Part shown: positions 1 to 10,000 of the stretch, in pieces | Position numbering within the stretch: position 1 is the first letter of the stretch | How the letters are laid out: each line of letters opens with the position of its first letter | Source: a virus | IMG/VR virus record: IMGVR_UViG_3300028920_000043 | Span: 32,001-96,000 of that record | Direction: 5' to 3' (one strand) | Length of the DNA: 64,000 bases | Program-made: the position numbers and the translations under genes | Notes under the pieces: model-generated | Databases searched by the model: none | The model's input: the letters and a program-made list of their open reading frames with translations, nothing else | What the model was told of the DNA's origin: nothing

Positions 1-493
1 CATGAATCCGAATGCCTTTTTCTTGAGTGATCCTAAATGCCTTGTCTAATCTTCCTATGGTTATTCGTTCCGGAACTTCGTTCTTTGCAAGACCACCAAA
101 TCCAATATAATCATATCCGGCATCCACATACTTTTGTAAAATATCTAAATCCTCAAACGGAGGATGCCAAACGGGTAAAGGCATCAATCCTTTCTTCTCC
201 ATGTACCGTTGATTCTTCCACGTCCCTTCTGGAGATCCGATAACATCGAGATTAACATATGTACCAATCTTATTCTTATACTCTTTTATGAACTCAATAT
301 ACTCATCGAGATTCACTTCTTTACCACGAGTATAAGCAGAGAACGCTCCTGAGTCCAAGAAGATTTTCTTTCTCTTCTTCTTGAAGTATTTAAGAAGCTT
401 TTTCTTCTCCAGGAAATTCTCAAGACCATTTGCATCCAAAAATCCAAGATCCTGAGACTCCCTGTGCATGGTTGCGGCAAGATAAATAATCAC
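1..493 (-). CDS. dpdA: DpdA, TGT-like 7-deazaguanine DNA transglycosylase (partial, runs off the window start)
   Basis: Missing from the ORF track. Manual translation from GTG at 493, just after the queC stop: MIIYLAATMHRESQ...KIFLDSGAFSAYTRG...YVNLDVIGS...PLPVWH...YIGFGGLA...GIRIH(G). DSG, LD, PVxH, GGL and IHG motifs are typical of the TGT/DpdA barrel. Adjacent to queC. Confidence 0.88.
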   Translation of the reverse strand, partial: MIIYLAATMHRESQDLGFLDANGLENFLEKKKLLKYFKKKRKKIFLDSGAFSAYTRGKEVNLDEYIEFIKEYKNKIGTYVNLDVIGSPEGTWKNQRYMEKKGLMPLPVWHPPFEDLDILQKYVDAGYDYIGFGGLAKNEVPERITIGRLDKAFRITQEKGIRIH

Positions 494-498
494 AATTA

Positions 499-1122
499 CT
501 ATTCTCCCTTCTTCTTGCTCTCCCGGTACTCATTCATTACCTGGCAATTGTTGCACTCGCCGCAGGGCTTTCCTTTGACAGGGAAGAAGCAATTGAAAAT
601 ATCATCCAGCGTGATTCCGTTCAACTCAAGCTCTTCGAATACCTCATTCTTCTTCATCTTGTCATGCCGGTTCTCCGCGAGCGGCACTCTGACTTTGACA
701 TTGTGAATATTCAGGTAGTCCACAAGCCCTTGCATCATCTGATAGAATATCAGAGTGCTGTCGGTGTAACTGTATGGGTCTTCCTCAACGTATCCGATTC
801 CTTTTGATCCGGAACACACTTCACCAGCATCGATGCTCGCCGCGTAGTTCAGTGCCAATGTGGTTATCAGCACGTTCCGAAAAGGAATGAATACCTTTCC
901 CCTATCGAATTTCAAACCATCGACCTTGACCACGTGAGGAGGTGCCAACATCAAGAGATTTGAGATATGCTCGCAAGCATGAATCTCCTCAGCGATATAC
1001 GGCTGACCATAATTGACAAAGCAAGGGTATACTACCTTGCCCTCCTTCTTCAGCCGCAATGCCACCAACGCACTGTCTGCGCCTCCTGACAACTCCACTA
1101 CCGACTTGAACTTCTTTTCCAT
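499..1122 (-). CDS. queC: 7-cyano-7-deazaguanine (preQ0) synthase
   Basis: N-terminal SGGADS PP-loop, NYGQ, IPFRN, C-terminal Zn motif C-x8-CGECNNC. Confidence 0.93.
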   Translation of the reverse strand: MEKKFKSVVELSGGADSALVALRLKKEGKVVYPCFVNYGQPYIAEEIHACEHISNLLMLAPPHVVKVDGLKFDRGKVFIPFRNVLITTLALNYAASIDAGEVCSGSKGIGYVEEDPYSYTDSTLIFYQMMQGLVDYLNIHNVKVRVPLAENRHDKMKKNEVFEELELNGITLDDIFNCFFPVKGKPCGECNNCQVMNEYRESKKKGE

Positions 1123-2018
1123 GCCAGCATCTCCTTTGCTAAGGTTTCATAAACTTTCGGATCCGTATAATTATACGTACTGATCTGAAACTTGTCTCCT
1201 AAATAAACATTATAATAGACTGAGTAGTTTCTTGTTTTCAAATACTCAACCAGTTTCTTATCATAATCAAAAGTCAAGATTGGGGCCGGACAATCTCCAT
1301 ACCGTCCCGGCATGAATTGAAAGAAAGAACTATTGGTATCAATGATACTTCTTACTTTTTCAATATCAAAGTGAAGAAGTGATTGCTGCAATGAAAAGAT
1401 CTGAGGGATAAGTGACGTGTTTGGCGTTTGATATTTCTTCGAGTACTCGTAGATGTTACAAAGATCCAATATAGTTCCTTTGTGTCGTACCAATAGGGTT
1501 CCGGCAATGAGATCCTTCTTTATGAAAATAATTCCCATCGTGGGCAAGCCACCCAATATCTTTCCCGAAGATCCAATGATAACATCCGCATTCCAATTTA
1601 TTTCGTAATAGCCTATTCCACTCGCGTAGTCCAAAAGATTCATACCAGATACCAACTCAGGCTCTTTGAACTCGCTCTTAGATGTTTCAAACGGACAGCA
1701 GATAAAACAGTCTCCGAACTCCCAACCGTTATAATCACAATATAAGTCCATAGTCTTATGAAATCTTTTATTGAATTCTCCCCGTTCTTCTTCACTGCGA
1801 AAAGAATTCAACGAAGGACCTATAGACGCGCATACCGTTTCTATTGCTACCGTGGTGCTTCCATTGGCAAACAATATCACAAACTCATCCGGTACCCGTA
1901 ACCGATCCCGTAATAACTCAACCGTGCGCTTGTATAAATCACAGAACTCAGCAGAGCGGTGATGGTAATTGAAAATCTCACCACCATAGAAAGGCCTGTT
2001 CACACCAAGATAAATCAT
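1098..2018 (-). CDS. PLP-dependent class V aminotransferase-like protein (SerC/AGT/PhnW fold)
   Basis: HHRSAEF, ETS, DYASGIG, DVIIGSSGKILGGLP (PLP lysine) and QTPNT motifs of fold-type I class V enzymes. Confidence 0.8.
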   Translation of the reverse strand: MIYLGVNRPFYGGEIFNYHHRSAEFCDLYKRTVELLRDRLRVPDEFVILFANGSTTVAIETVCASIGPSLNSFRSEEERGEFNKRFHKTMDLYCDYNGWEFGDCFICCPFETSKSEFKEPELVSGMNLLDYASGIGYYEINWNADVIIGSSGKILGGLPTMGIIFIKKDLIAGTLLVRHKGTILDLCNIYEYSKKYQTPNTSLIPQIFSLQQSLLHFDIEKVRSIIDTNSSFFQFMPGRYGDCPAPILTFDYDKKLVEYLKTRNYSVYYNVYLGDKFQISTYNYTDPKVYETLAKEMLAWKRSSSR

Positions 2019-2019
2019 C

Positions 2020-2910
2020 TCACTCTCCCACTAATTTCAAAAACTCGTTCCTCACTTGTGGATCGTCCCGAAAGACTCCTGTCATCGAACTGGTTACCAT
2101 CCAGCTATGTTGTTTCTCTACTCCGCGCGCCACCATGCATAAGTGCTGAGCCTTCACAACCACGCCCACTCCCTTTGGTTTCAAAACATCGTTGAGCGCA
2201 TTGGAGATCTGTGTTGTCAATCGTTCTTGTATCTGAAGACGTCTGGAAAAACATTCGACCAATCTCGCCAACTTACTGATCCCCACTACCTTTCCATCCG
2301 GTAGATATCCTATATGAATACTTCCATAGAACGGTAGCATATGATGCTCGCAATTTGAATAAAACTCAATTCCTTTTAATGCTACAATCTCATCATAGTC
2401 ACCACTTTCAGAAAAAACAGTACTGAGAATGTCCTTGGGTCTAATAAAGTACCCCCCATACAATCTATTCCATGATTTCACTACGCGCTTTGGCGTGTCC
2501 TTCAATCCTTCGCGTTCTGGATCTTCACCTATCGCTTGTAGAATTCTTATCACTGCATCCTCTGCTGGTGCTTCGTTCTGTGCGCGCTCCCAGGGAAAGA
2601 CCAACCATTCAGTCTTTCTCGATTCAAACAACGGAAAGAAGTGCGGGAATTGTCTGAAGCGCTTTCGTGTTTCTCCTGTGTCCTTTATGTCATCAATAAT
2701 CGCTACTACATTTGTAGCCTCACCTCCCATATCCACCAGATCATCCAGCAGTGTCCGATGGATCATCTTAGCGATGATTGCCGCTGGTGTTATTCCCCCA
2801 CGCGGCACGCCATAAATATATTTGATCTGATTTCCCATCGCTCGTATCTGTTCGGCTATTCTATCACACTCTTGGAATATTTCTGTCCAGTCAACGTTAT
2901 ACCTGTCCAT
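2020..2910 (-). CDS. folE: Fusion of a Gpt-like phosphoribosyltransferase (N-term) and GTP cyclohydrolase I (C-term)
   Basis: N-term YGVPRGG, IIDDIKDTGET (PRPP-binding motif), WLVFPWE. C-term GEDPEREGLKDTPKRV, CEHHMLPF, GISKLAR, LQIQERLT, HLCMVARGV. Confidence 0.92.
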   Translation of the reverse strand: MDRYNVDWTEIFQECDRIAEQIRAMGNQIKYIYGVPRGGITPAAIIAKMIHRTLLDDLVDMGGEATNVVAIIDDIKDTGETRKRFRQFPHFFPLFESRKTEWLVFPWERAQNEAPAEDAVIRILQAIGEDPEREGLKDTPKRVVKSWNRLYGGYFIRPKDILSTVFSESGDYDEIVALKGIEFYSNCEHHMLPFYGSIHIGYLPDGKVVGISKLARLVECFSRRLQIQERLTTQISNALNDVLKPKGVGVVVKAQHLCMVARGVEKQHSWMVTSSMTGVFRDDPQVRNEFLKLVGE

Positions 2911-3494
2911 TACTGCACTCCTATCATCTTTTGGGTTTGCAGACTCAACCTCCAGTCCGGGTATTCTTTACACAGCTCCACAACCTCCTCAATGTTTTTC
3001 TCTGAGCATGGTTGAAGATAGTGATATACGAACCGACCAAACTTCTTTGGAGTTGCCAAGTCCTTTCGATTCGGAAAGTCCTCGGTGACAACAATCTTAA
3101 TCTCGTCACCATAATCTTGCGCGTACTCTCCGCACTTTGGAGACACCGTGACCCAGGACAACCAATGGCCTATTCCAATGTCATATAGTCGGATTGTTCC
3201 ATTCGTTTCAATCGCTGTCTTCATTCCGTGTTCCAATCGCAATGGTTTGAGAATGTCCGCGTCCAATTGCAATGCAGGCTCACCACCTGTAAAGATAACG
3301 AAGTTACACGGGAAACTACAAATGCGCTCTATGAGCTGTTTGGCATCTGGAGATTCGTTTACCGTGTGGACTGTATCGCAAAAGTCACAGTTCAAATTGC
3401 ATCCGGCGAATCTCACAAAGACTGCGGGGCGTCCTGTATTCGCGCCTTCACCTTGCAACGAATAAAAGATCTCGGTTATATTATAACTCGTCAT
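2910..3494 (-). CDS. queE: 7-carboxy-7-deazaguanine synthase (radical SAM)
   Basis: EIFYSLQGEG, FVRFAGCNLNCDFCDT, TGGEP, IETNG, VSPK, WRLSLQTQK. Start moved to ATG 3494 (MTSYN), overlapping the queD end. Confidence 0.94.
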   Translation of the reverse strand: MTSYNITEIFYSLQGEGANTGRPAVFVRFAGCNLNCDFCDTVHTVNESPDAKQLIERICSFPCNFVIFTGGEPALQLDADILKPLRLEHGMKTAIETNGTIRLYDIGIGHWLSWVTVSPKCGEYAQDYGDEIKIVVTEDFPNRKDLATPKKFGRFVYHYLQPCSEKNIEEVVELCKEYPDWRLSLQTQKMIGVQ

Positions 3495-3825
3495 TGATCC
3501 AGGTACACTCATTGCCTTCATTCTCCTTTATAAGAACAATAGCGGCCCCCAGTTTTTTGCCAATCGTCACTGCCAGGTTTTCCATTGTCGGATTCTTATC
3601 CTTGAACTCTTCGAGATCATTGAGGTTGACGTGATCGAACCGCTTCAGGTATTCCTTAGCCTCTCTGCAATCAATCACGAAACCATGCTCATCCAGTTCA
3701 TCATCCTGGCATTGGAACGTAACTTCCAGATGATAATTGTGCCCGTGCTGATTCGCGCAAGGTCCAGAATAGTCACGCAAGAAATGCCCGGCACTTATTT
3801 CCTTAGTTACTGTTAAGTTAAACAT
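3481..3825 (-). CDS. queD: 6-carboxy-5,6,7,8-tetrahydropterin synthase
   Basis: SAGHFL, CANQHGHNY, FDHVNLND, NPTMENLA. Confidence 0.92.
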   Translation of the reverse strand: MFNLTVTKEISAGHFLRDYSGPCANQHGHNYHLEVTFQCQDDELDEHGFVIDCREAKEYLKRFDHVNLNDLEEFKDKNPTMENLAVTIGKKLGAAIVLIKENEGNECTWINDEL

Positions 3826-3827
3826 AC

Positions 3828-4748
3828 TTATCCTCCAAATAGATCATAAAGAGTTCTAACATCCTTCTGCTTCACCAATCCTTTTTCCAAACTATTAAAC
3901 TCATACGTTCGGTATTCTTTTAATACTTGCTTATATGTCAAGTCAAGTATGCCATCAATGTTCAATACTATCTTCCGTATTGTGGAATGCTCAAACTTCT
4001 TATCCAACTTCATGAGTTTTATATTTCGGCGTACTTTTTTCAGTTCCTTTTGTATTATTATATAAAACTTTTCCAGAGGTTCTCCAGAAAAATCATTTTC
4101 TTTTAAGAAAGTTATTAGATTCTTTTCTCCGATCAACCGTTCCGATATCTTACGAGCGCGCACCGGCCCCAATCCTTTGATGCCGTCTATGTTGTCTGAC
4201 GTGTCCCCAATCAATGCTCGTTCCAATATCCATAAGTTTTTAGTTATGCCATTCTGTTTGAAAAACTCATCCCCAATAACTGTTTCCCCATCCTTACTTA
4301 TCTTGACCTTCTTGGACAGCAACTGAATGAAATCCTTGTCACTGCCCCGTATGATTGCCTCATGCCCGTTCCGTTCCAACTCTCCGCACACTGCGGCGAT
4401 AATATCATCCCCCTCATTGCGCTTCAAAGAAAAACTATGGATATTGAGCGCTTTCAAAAGCTTTCGAGCATTATGGATACTTTCAAAATAGCGCTTCCAA
4501 TCAATCTCGTCTTTCTTTTCTCTACGCTGCGCTTTGTACTCTGGATAGATCTCACGTCTCTTCTCTGATCCGTCCCGACTGTCCCAACACACCACTACGC
4601 TATCACACTGGAGCTTCTCATAACAAGCTCGCATATCCTGAAACAAACCATAAGCAACTGTTGTATCTCTGCCATCATACGTGCAAAGACTACGAGTAAC
4701 AAATGATTTGAATGCTATCCAGTTTCCATCGTATACTAAAACTCTCAT
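3828..4748 (-). CDS. 5'-3' exonuclease / flap endonuclease (PolA N-terminal / T4 RNase H family)
   Basis: DGN, VCWDS, RREIYPEYKAQR, EGDDII, SDKDFIQL, ALIGDTSDNIDGIKGLGPVRA (H3TH motif). Confidence 0.92.
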   Translation of the reverse strand: MRVLVYDGNWIAFKSFVTRSLCTYDGRDTTVAYGLFQDMRACYEKLQCDSVVVCWDSRDGSEKRREIYPEYKAQRREKKDEIDWKRYFESIHNARKLLKALNIHSFSLKRNEGDDIIAAVCGELERNGHEAIIRGSDKDFIQLLSKKVKISKDGETVIGDEFFKQNGITKNLWILERALIGDTSDNIDGIKGLGPVRARKISERLIGEKNLITFLKENDFSGEPLEKFYIIIQKELKKVRRNIKLMKLDKKFEHSTIRKIVLNIDGILDLTYKQVLKEYRTYEFNSLEKGLVKQKDVRTLYDLFGG

Positions 4749-4760
4749 TTTTCAAAATCC

Positions 4761-4827
4761 CCTAGTTCATTCTGAAACTTTCAAATTGGACTAGTTCATT
4801 AGCTTTCATGCGTGAAAGCTTTTGAAC
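4761..4827. repeat. Palindromic repeat locus 1 (core 4802-4819, plus linker and partial unit)
   Basis: CTAGTTCATT-CTGAAACTTTCAAATTGGA-CTAGTTCATTAGCTTTCATGCGTGAAAGCTTTTGAAC, matching the loci at 42.4 and 60.5 kb. Confidence 0.95.
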
Positions 4828-5054
4828 CTCCCCAGCATGCCTGTTAAGAACGTTTTCTTTTCCTGTGTCTCTTCACCAGCAACTTCAATCTCAACGATGA
4901 CTTCACCATTGATCATGGCTACCAATACTTCGTTTCCGTTCTTGTGCATAGTGACAACATTCATCTTTATTTCGTGGATACCCTTTTTGAGTATTGCACG
5001 TTCCACTGCTTGCTCAATCTTATCTTTGATATTATCCAGCTCTGCTTTTTTCAT
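4806..5054 (-). CDS. Hypothetical protein (82 aa); its last codons lie inside the palindromic repeat
   Basis: GGGAG SD upstream; overlaps the helicase stop region. C-terminal FKSFHA* is encoded by the hairpin. Confidence 0.65.
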   Translation of the reverse strand: MKKAELDNIKDKIEQAVERAILKKGIHEIKMNVVTMHKNGNEVLVAMINGEVIVEIEVAGEETQEKKTFLTGMLGRFKSFHA

Positions 5055-6780
5055 GCTTTCTCCCCGTTGAGAAAATCAAACTCCTCAACTTCATCGGACT
5101 CCACTTATGAATATCGATTCTGGTCAGCTTAAAACTATCTGAGAATAACTTATTGAATAACTGCGCTTTCTTATGAAAGATCTCAAACACTCGTTCTTCC
5201 ACAGAGTCCTTTGCAAAAAAGTTAATGACCGTAATCACTTTTGCTTTTGAATTGAATCTTCTGGCTCTTCCGATACGCTGACGCATCCGCGCCGGATTGT
5301 ATGGTATGTCAAGATTGATAACAACGTTTGCTTCCGGAAAGTTCAATCCGCGCTCTCCAGCACCTGTCATTATAAGTATGGCCGTATGGCTTTTACTAGA
5401 TCGAAATCCCTGGTACTGTAAGGACCTATCAAAATCTTTCATGCCTCCATAAACATAAAAAGGCTTATATGCCTTCAACTCTTTAATCGCTTCCTTTACA
5501 AACATCTTGCTTTCCGAAAAGATAATTATTTTCTTTCCACGCAATTCATTCTCTAAAAGTATTTTCAGTTCTTCTATCTTTGCGGACTTCTCGTTCTTGT
5601 ATTCTGGAAAGATATTCAACGAAGAACAAACCTTTCGGAGATGAATTATCGTTGCCAGCAAGTTATCAGAATTGTACTCCTCCAAAACCCCATCTTTTAT
5701 TTCTTCATATACTTTCCTTTGTTGCTTAGTTAAGTCAATTGGATAATTGCTTATGACGATTCTCGGTAGTTGTTTGTCAATCTCGTCTGTGGTTCGTTGT
5801 AGGTAGTATGGATCTATTCGCGCTTTAACCTCCTCCAGACGTTTATAATCCACCACCTTCTTATACATGTAACCTGTCTTGTGGTTCTTCTTTTCTTCAA
5901 TCACCAAATGCCTGCGCTTGAAAAAATTATGACTCCAAAATAAATTACTATCCAGCAAGCGCATAATTCCATATAGATCTTCCAGTCCATTCTCGACTGG
6001 CGTTGCCGTCAAGCATATCTTGTATCTTGCATTCTTGAACTGCTTGTAGATTTGCTTGTGTGTTGCGGTACCGGTGTTTCGTATTCTTGATGCTTCATCA
6101 CAAATCACCATCCGCTTTCTATATCGCTTCAGTATTTGCATCCAGTAATGCTTATCACGGATCAGTAATTCATAATTAACCATCACCACCGGAACTTTAC
6201 GAGATTTCAAATTCCAAAGCTTTGAGTACTTCGCTTTTCGATCTGCCGGCTCTCCCATCATTCTCAATATGCCAATCTTCTTTTTGAATTTCTTTGTCAA
6301 GCATTCTTTTATTTCTTGCGCCCATTGAAACTTCAATGGACTGGGACAAAGAACAATAACGATATCTACATTCCGTTCTTCAACAGCACGAATCATCACT
6401 CCTATACTTTGCAATGTCTTTCCCAAACCAACATCATCTGCCAACAAACCACTTTCACTCTTATATAAAAAATCGATTCCTTGCTCTTGAAAGAGATATG
6501 GTTTTTTATTCTTGGTAAAAAACTGAGAGTAGTCAAAAGCAGGCTTCTGTTTCTTTGCCGCTTGCAACTTCTTCTTTCTTTCAAGCAATTTCCAATAAGG
6601 GCTGTCATCCTTGAGTCTAAAATCATACCCATACCGCTTCTTGAGGTATGCAAGATAAGACCAATGGATGAACGATCCGGAAGCGAGATCAATAAATATC
6701 CCCATCCGAGAACGTTCGGTTCTGGAGATTCCTTTTACATGAAAGAATCCGCATTGATAATAACTGACTTTGATTTTCAT
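5032..6780 (-). CDS. SNF2-family helicase/translocase
   Basis: LLADDVGLGKT, ICDEAS, LTATPVEN, GAGERGLNF, DIPYNPARMRQRIGRARR. Confidence 0.93.
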   Translation of the reverse strand: MKIKVSYYQCGFFHVKGISRTERSRMGIFIDLASGSFIHWSYLAYLKKRYGYDFRLKDDSPYWKLLERKKKLQAAKKQKPAFDYSQFFTKNKKPYLFQEQGIDFLYKSESGLLADDVGLGKTLQSIGVMIRAVEERNVDIVIVLCPSPLKFQWAQEIKECLTKKFKKKIGILRMMGEPADRKAKYSKLWNLKSRKVPVVMVNYELLIRDKHYWMQILKRYRKRMVICDEASRIRNTGTATHKQIYKQFKNARYKICLTATPVENGLEDLYGIMRLLDSNLFWSHNFFKRRHLVIEEKKNHKTGYMYKKVVDYKRLEEVKARIDPYYLQRTTDEIDKQLPRIVISNYPIDLTKQQRKVYEEIKDGVLEEYNSDNLLATIIHLRKVCSSLNIFPEYKNEKSAKIEELKILLENELRGKKIIIFSESKMFVKEAIKELKAYKPFYVYGGMKDFDRSLQYQGFRSSKSHTAILIMTGAGERGLNFPEANVVINLDIPYNPARMRQRIGRARRFNSKAKVITVINFFAKDSVEERVFEIFHKKAQLFNKLFSDSFKLTRIDIHKWSPMKLRSLIFSTGRKHEKSRAG

Positions 6781-6814
6781 TTCAATTCCATGCAGAAAGT
6801 AATCTTACAATTTT

Positions 6815-6842
6815 ATTATATTCCTGCTGAAATCGAAAGCAA
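6815..6842 (-). promoter_or_regulatory. Putative sigma70-type promoter for the helicase/exonuclease/deazaguanine genes
   Basis: Minus strand TTGCTT-N16-TATAAT about 35 nt upstream of the helicase ATG, with an A/T tract upstream resembling an UP element. Confidence 0.55.
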
Positions 6843-6899
6843 TAGAAAAATAAAAAAAACTAGGAAGGAGGGGATGCGTTCTTTTGGGCTTGCGTTGTT

Positions 6900-6998
6900 G
6901 TATTTATATTTATATTTTATATGTATTCATTTTTTATTTCTATATTCCATATACCATACACTATTGTATATTATATTATATATTATATTATATATAGA
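6900..6998. repeat. Extremely AT-rich low-complexity tract with TATAT/ATATT iterations
   Basis: tatttatatttatattttatatgtattc...tatattatattatatattatattatatatag in the gap between structural and DNA-metabolism modules. Confidence 0.8.
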
Positions 6999-7017
6999 GC
7001 GTCCAAGAAAAAACTCG

Positions 7018-10000
7018 TTAAGATACCCTACTGAAATAATAACCACCGGCGCCTTGCGCTTCTATTATACTACTTACTTCAATCTTCCAATGAACATAAT
7101 AAGGCTGTATGGCTTTTTTGACAGTCTTTTGGTATTCTGTTACGGTAGTGCTTAAAGTTTCGCCACTCCAAGAGAAGGGAGCAAATCCTTTGGTTGCCCT
7201 AGACACTACTACCGTCACTTCCATAATCACTTTTTCAGTACTTGGATTATAATCGAAAGAGAATGAAATACTTTTTGCCATGTAACTGTTAGCAGTATGA
7301 TTATAGGTTATGGAAGTAGATATGGATTCCTTGTAATACTGCTCACTTCCTGCTTTGTATCCGTAGAAAACAGCACTGGAGTTATTAGTATCGTGCAGAC
7401 TCTCATGGAATCGAATTGTGGCAATAGCATTATTTGTGTAGTATCCATTTCCTTTATCGTTGGGCCAACCACTCGTATTCAAATGAGTAAAATAACTGCC
7501 TATGTCAATGGTTCCTAAATATGGCCTTGCATTATTAACGATCTGAGACATGGATTGAAAATCGTCTTCCAAGAATGTAAGATCAACAGTCATTTGATCT
7601 CCTATTCTTGGCGGAGAAGTAGGATAGTATTGAGTATCGATTGTGAGTATTTTTCCTGCCTCTGAAAAGGTATAAGGATACGTGCTGAGACCTTCAGGCC
7701 ACGCAGTCCCGGTCTCCGCGGATTTGACCCATTCAACATACGCTTTTCTGTTCAGCCCTGACCGACCAGGCCATCCAGGAATTATCTTATAATAGTTATA
7801 AATTGATGACCCTGATTTCTTGGTCGATATATAAAAATATACATCATGGTCGGGACTGTTTATGGCGATGTCTTTTATACCGTTTGCTGTAATAGATTCT
7901 CCGTGGATATGTGCTTCAAAATCTGGCGCACTATAACCCAATAAAAGACCTTCTATTTGGTACCCATTATTGTTGATTGCTTCCAATGGGGAAACATAAA
8001 GAACGCAAGCATCTTCGTCCACGTATGCCCCGGTTGAGGCGTTCACTCTCAGCTTTCCATATTCAATGTTATCCGTATCCAAGGTTGATAGAATAGGCAC
8101 CATAAAGACATCGCCATCGTAAGGACTCGGCCACATGGTGGTAAACAACCATACTTTTGCAAGAGAATCCTTGTTTATTCTTATCAGGTCTCGGTAATTG
8201 GAATTCGTATAATTATAAATGTTGATAAAAAGACAGTCTTTGGATTCATTGTAAATAAGAGACGACCAATCTCCTTTCCACATATTATCATTGGAAGCAT
8301 ACCCATGAACCTCAACATCCGTCTCTACGTAATCAGCATCTCCGTTGAATAGTTTTTCTTTATTTATTTTTGCAAGGCGTACTTTGTCATCCCGCCACCG
8401 TCTCATGTATAGACAATACAGATAAGTACCATCATCACACATTGACCGGATATAAGTCTGGATTGTTCCGGCACTTTCTACGGTTGGCGCATCAGTCGGT
8501 TCTTTGAATAAATATAACTTGTCTCCCGCTTGAAGAAAGCTGGCCGGGGTTCCAAAAGCACTATAAAGAAATCCTTGAACCCAGTACATGTTATAAACAG
8601 TATAAGCGGCATAATTCTCGCCATCATGCTTTACAAACTCACCATTCCGGTAAACATATAAATAGTATCCTTGACATCTCCAATCAGAATAAAGATGATA
8701 CATGTTAGGAGAATCCCACCACACCTGTCCGTCTTCAAATGCGGGACTGACATACTCATCTCCTGTAGCAAAATATATCTTTACATAACTTGGATTGAAT
8801 ACATAAGTACTTAATACCGGAACGTAATTATCCCCAAGAATAACATTGTCTCTATGTCTTTCTGTTTGGTTATAATAATCTACTTCTTGAAGCCTTACAC
8901 CAGTATCCTGTTCATCAGTATCTTCCGGCCAAGTACACCTATATATCTTTCCATCATCTGCACTTTCAGAATTGAAATCTTTACAGATTCCGACCGACAT
9001 TAAATAATTACTATTCAGCTCGGTTTCATTCGCCAGAAGTTTTGTACTTCTGAGAATCTTGGTATGCTTCAAATAATAATTCTGATCTTGTTGATCATCC
9101 GCCGGATCCCTGCGAGATAGAATCTTAGACTGTATTGGAGTTATCTGAAGATGCGCGTGGCAATCCATCTGAATGGAATCGGTTTTATAGTACATAGAGA
9201 ACGGCTTAATCTCATTGGTATACAAAGCAATAGGTTGGCGTTCAGACATCAATGGACTCTTATCCAAAACTCTCACAATATTTGCTGATGTAAGTTCCGA
9301 TGGCAATGGAACGCTTCTCAATATCTCTGCATTGGTATATCCTGCAAACCATATGGCACTAGCAGATGACCAATCGAATATTCTTTGATCTCCATAAAGA
9401 CGTACCACTACCAAATGCGTGGAAGTGAGAACGTATAATCTATCAGATCCGTTGTATCTGATTATACTCTTTGAAGTGCCAGGCAAATCAAGAATCTTAT
9501 TGAGACTGAAAGTAGCCAACTGTGATCCAGCGTAATTCCAATATCCCAAACTCTCTACGGTCCCATAGGTGTATGAAATGTCTCCCCAGTTTCCTCCCCA
9601 TATTCTCACCGCTTGTTGAGGATAATTCTGACGCTTGGTAGTAGAGCTTCCAGGAACCAAAGTATACAGTCCATCAGATTTCAGTAGAACATAACAACTC
9701 ATGCTCTGTCCGTGTTGGGCCCAATAATTAGTACCGCTATCCCCGCTGTTATTAGCAGGCGTTCCTACTACTGCATCCAATATTCCATCTTCCGGATCGA
9801 AAGAATCCCCACTGTTCTTCAAGTAGTTTACTGTGTAGGATGGAGTAAAGGTTTTGCATACATGAGATATATCAAAGCTGATTTTGGTAGGAGTATTTGC
9901 CGGCCGCTCAGAAGCCGCCGGACCCGATACATTATAGATCACTCCGCCCACCAATGCCGGTAGTTTGTTTCTGGCGGGAAACCAACTGAATACTTCTGAG

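Noticed and set aside
499-3825. Host queuosine tRNA-modification operon
   Set aside because: No queF or queA in the window; the TGT-like gene is of the compact phage DpdA type and the cluster sits among phage genes, so DNA modification is more likely.
4791-4827. Integron attC or dif site interpretation of the hairpins
   Set aside because: GTT and AAC are in the opposite order to attC (RYYYAAC...GTTRRRY), there is no cassette layout or integrase, and the arms do not match the XerC/XerD dif consensus.
6481-7155. 224-aa plus-strand ORF
   Set aside because: Antisense to the helicase and tail gene and runs through the AT-rich tract; its composition (YIILYIILY) simply reflects the low-complexity DNA.
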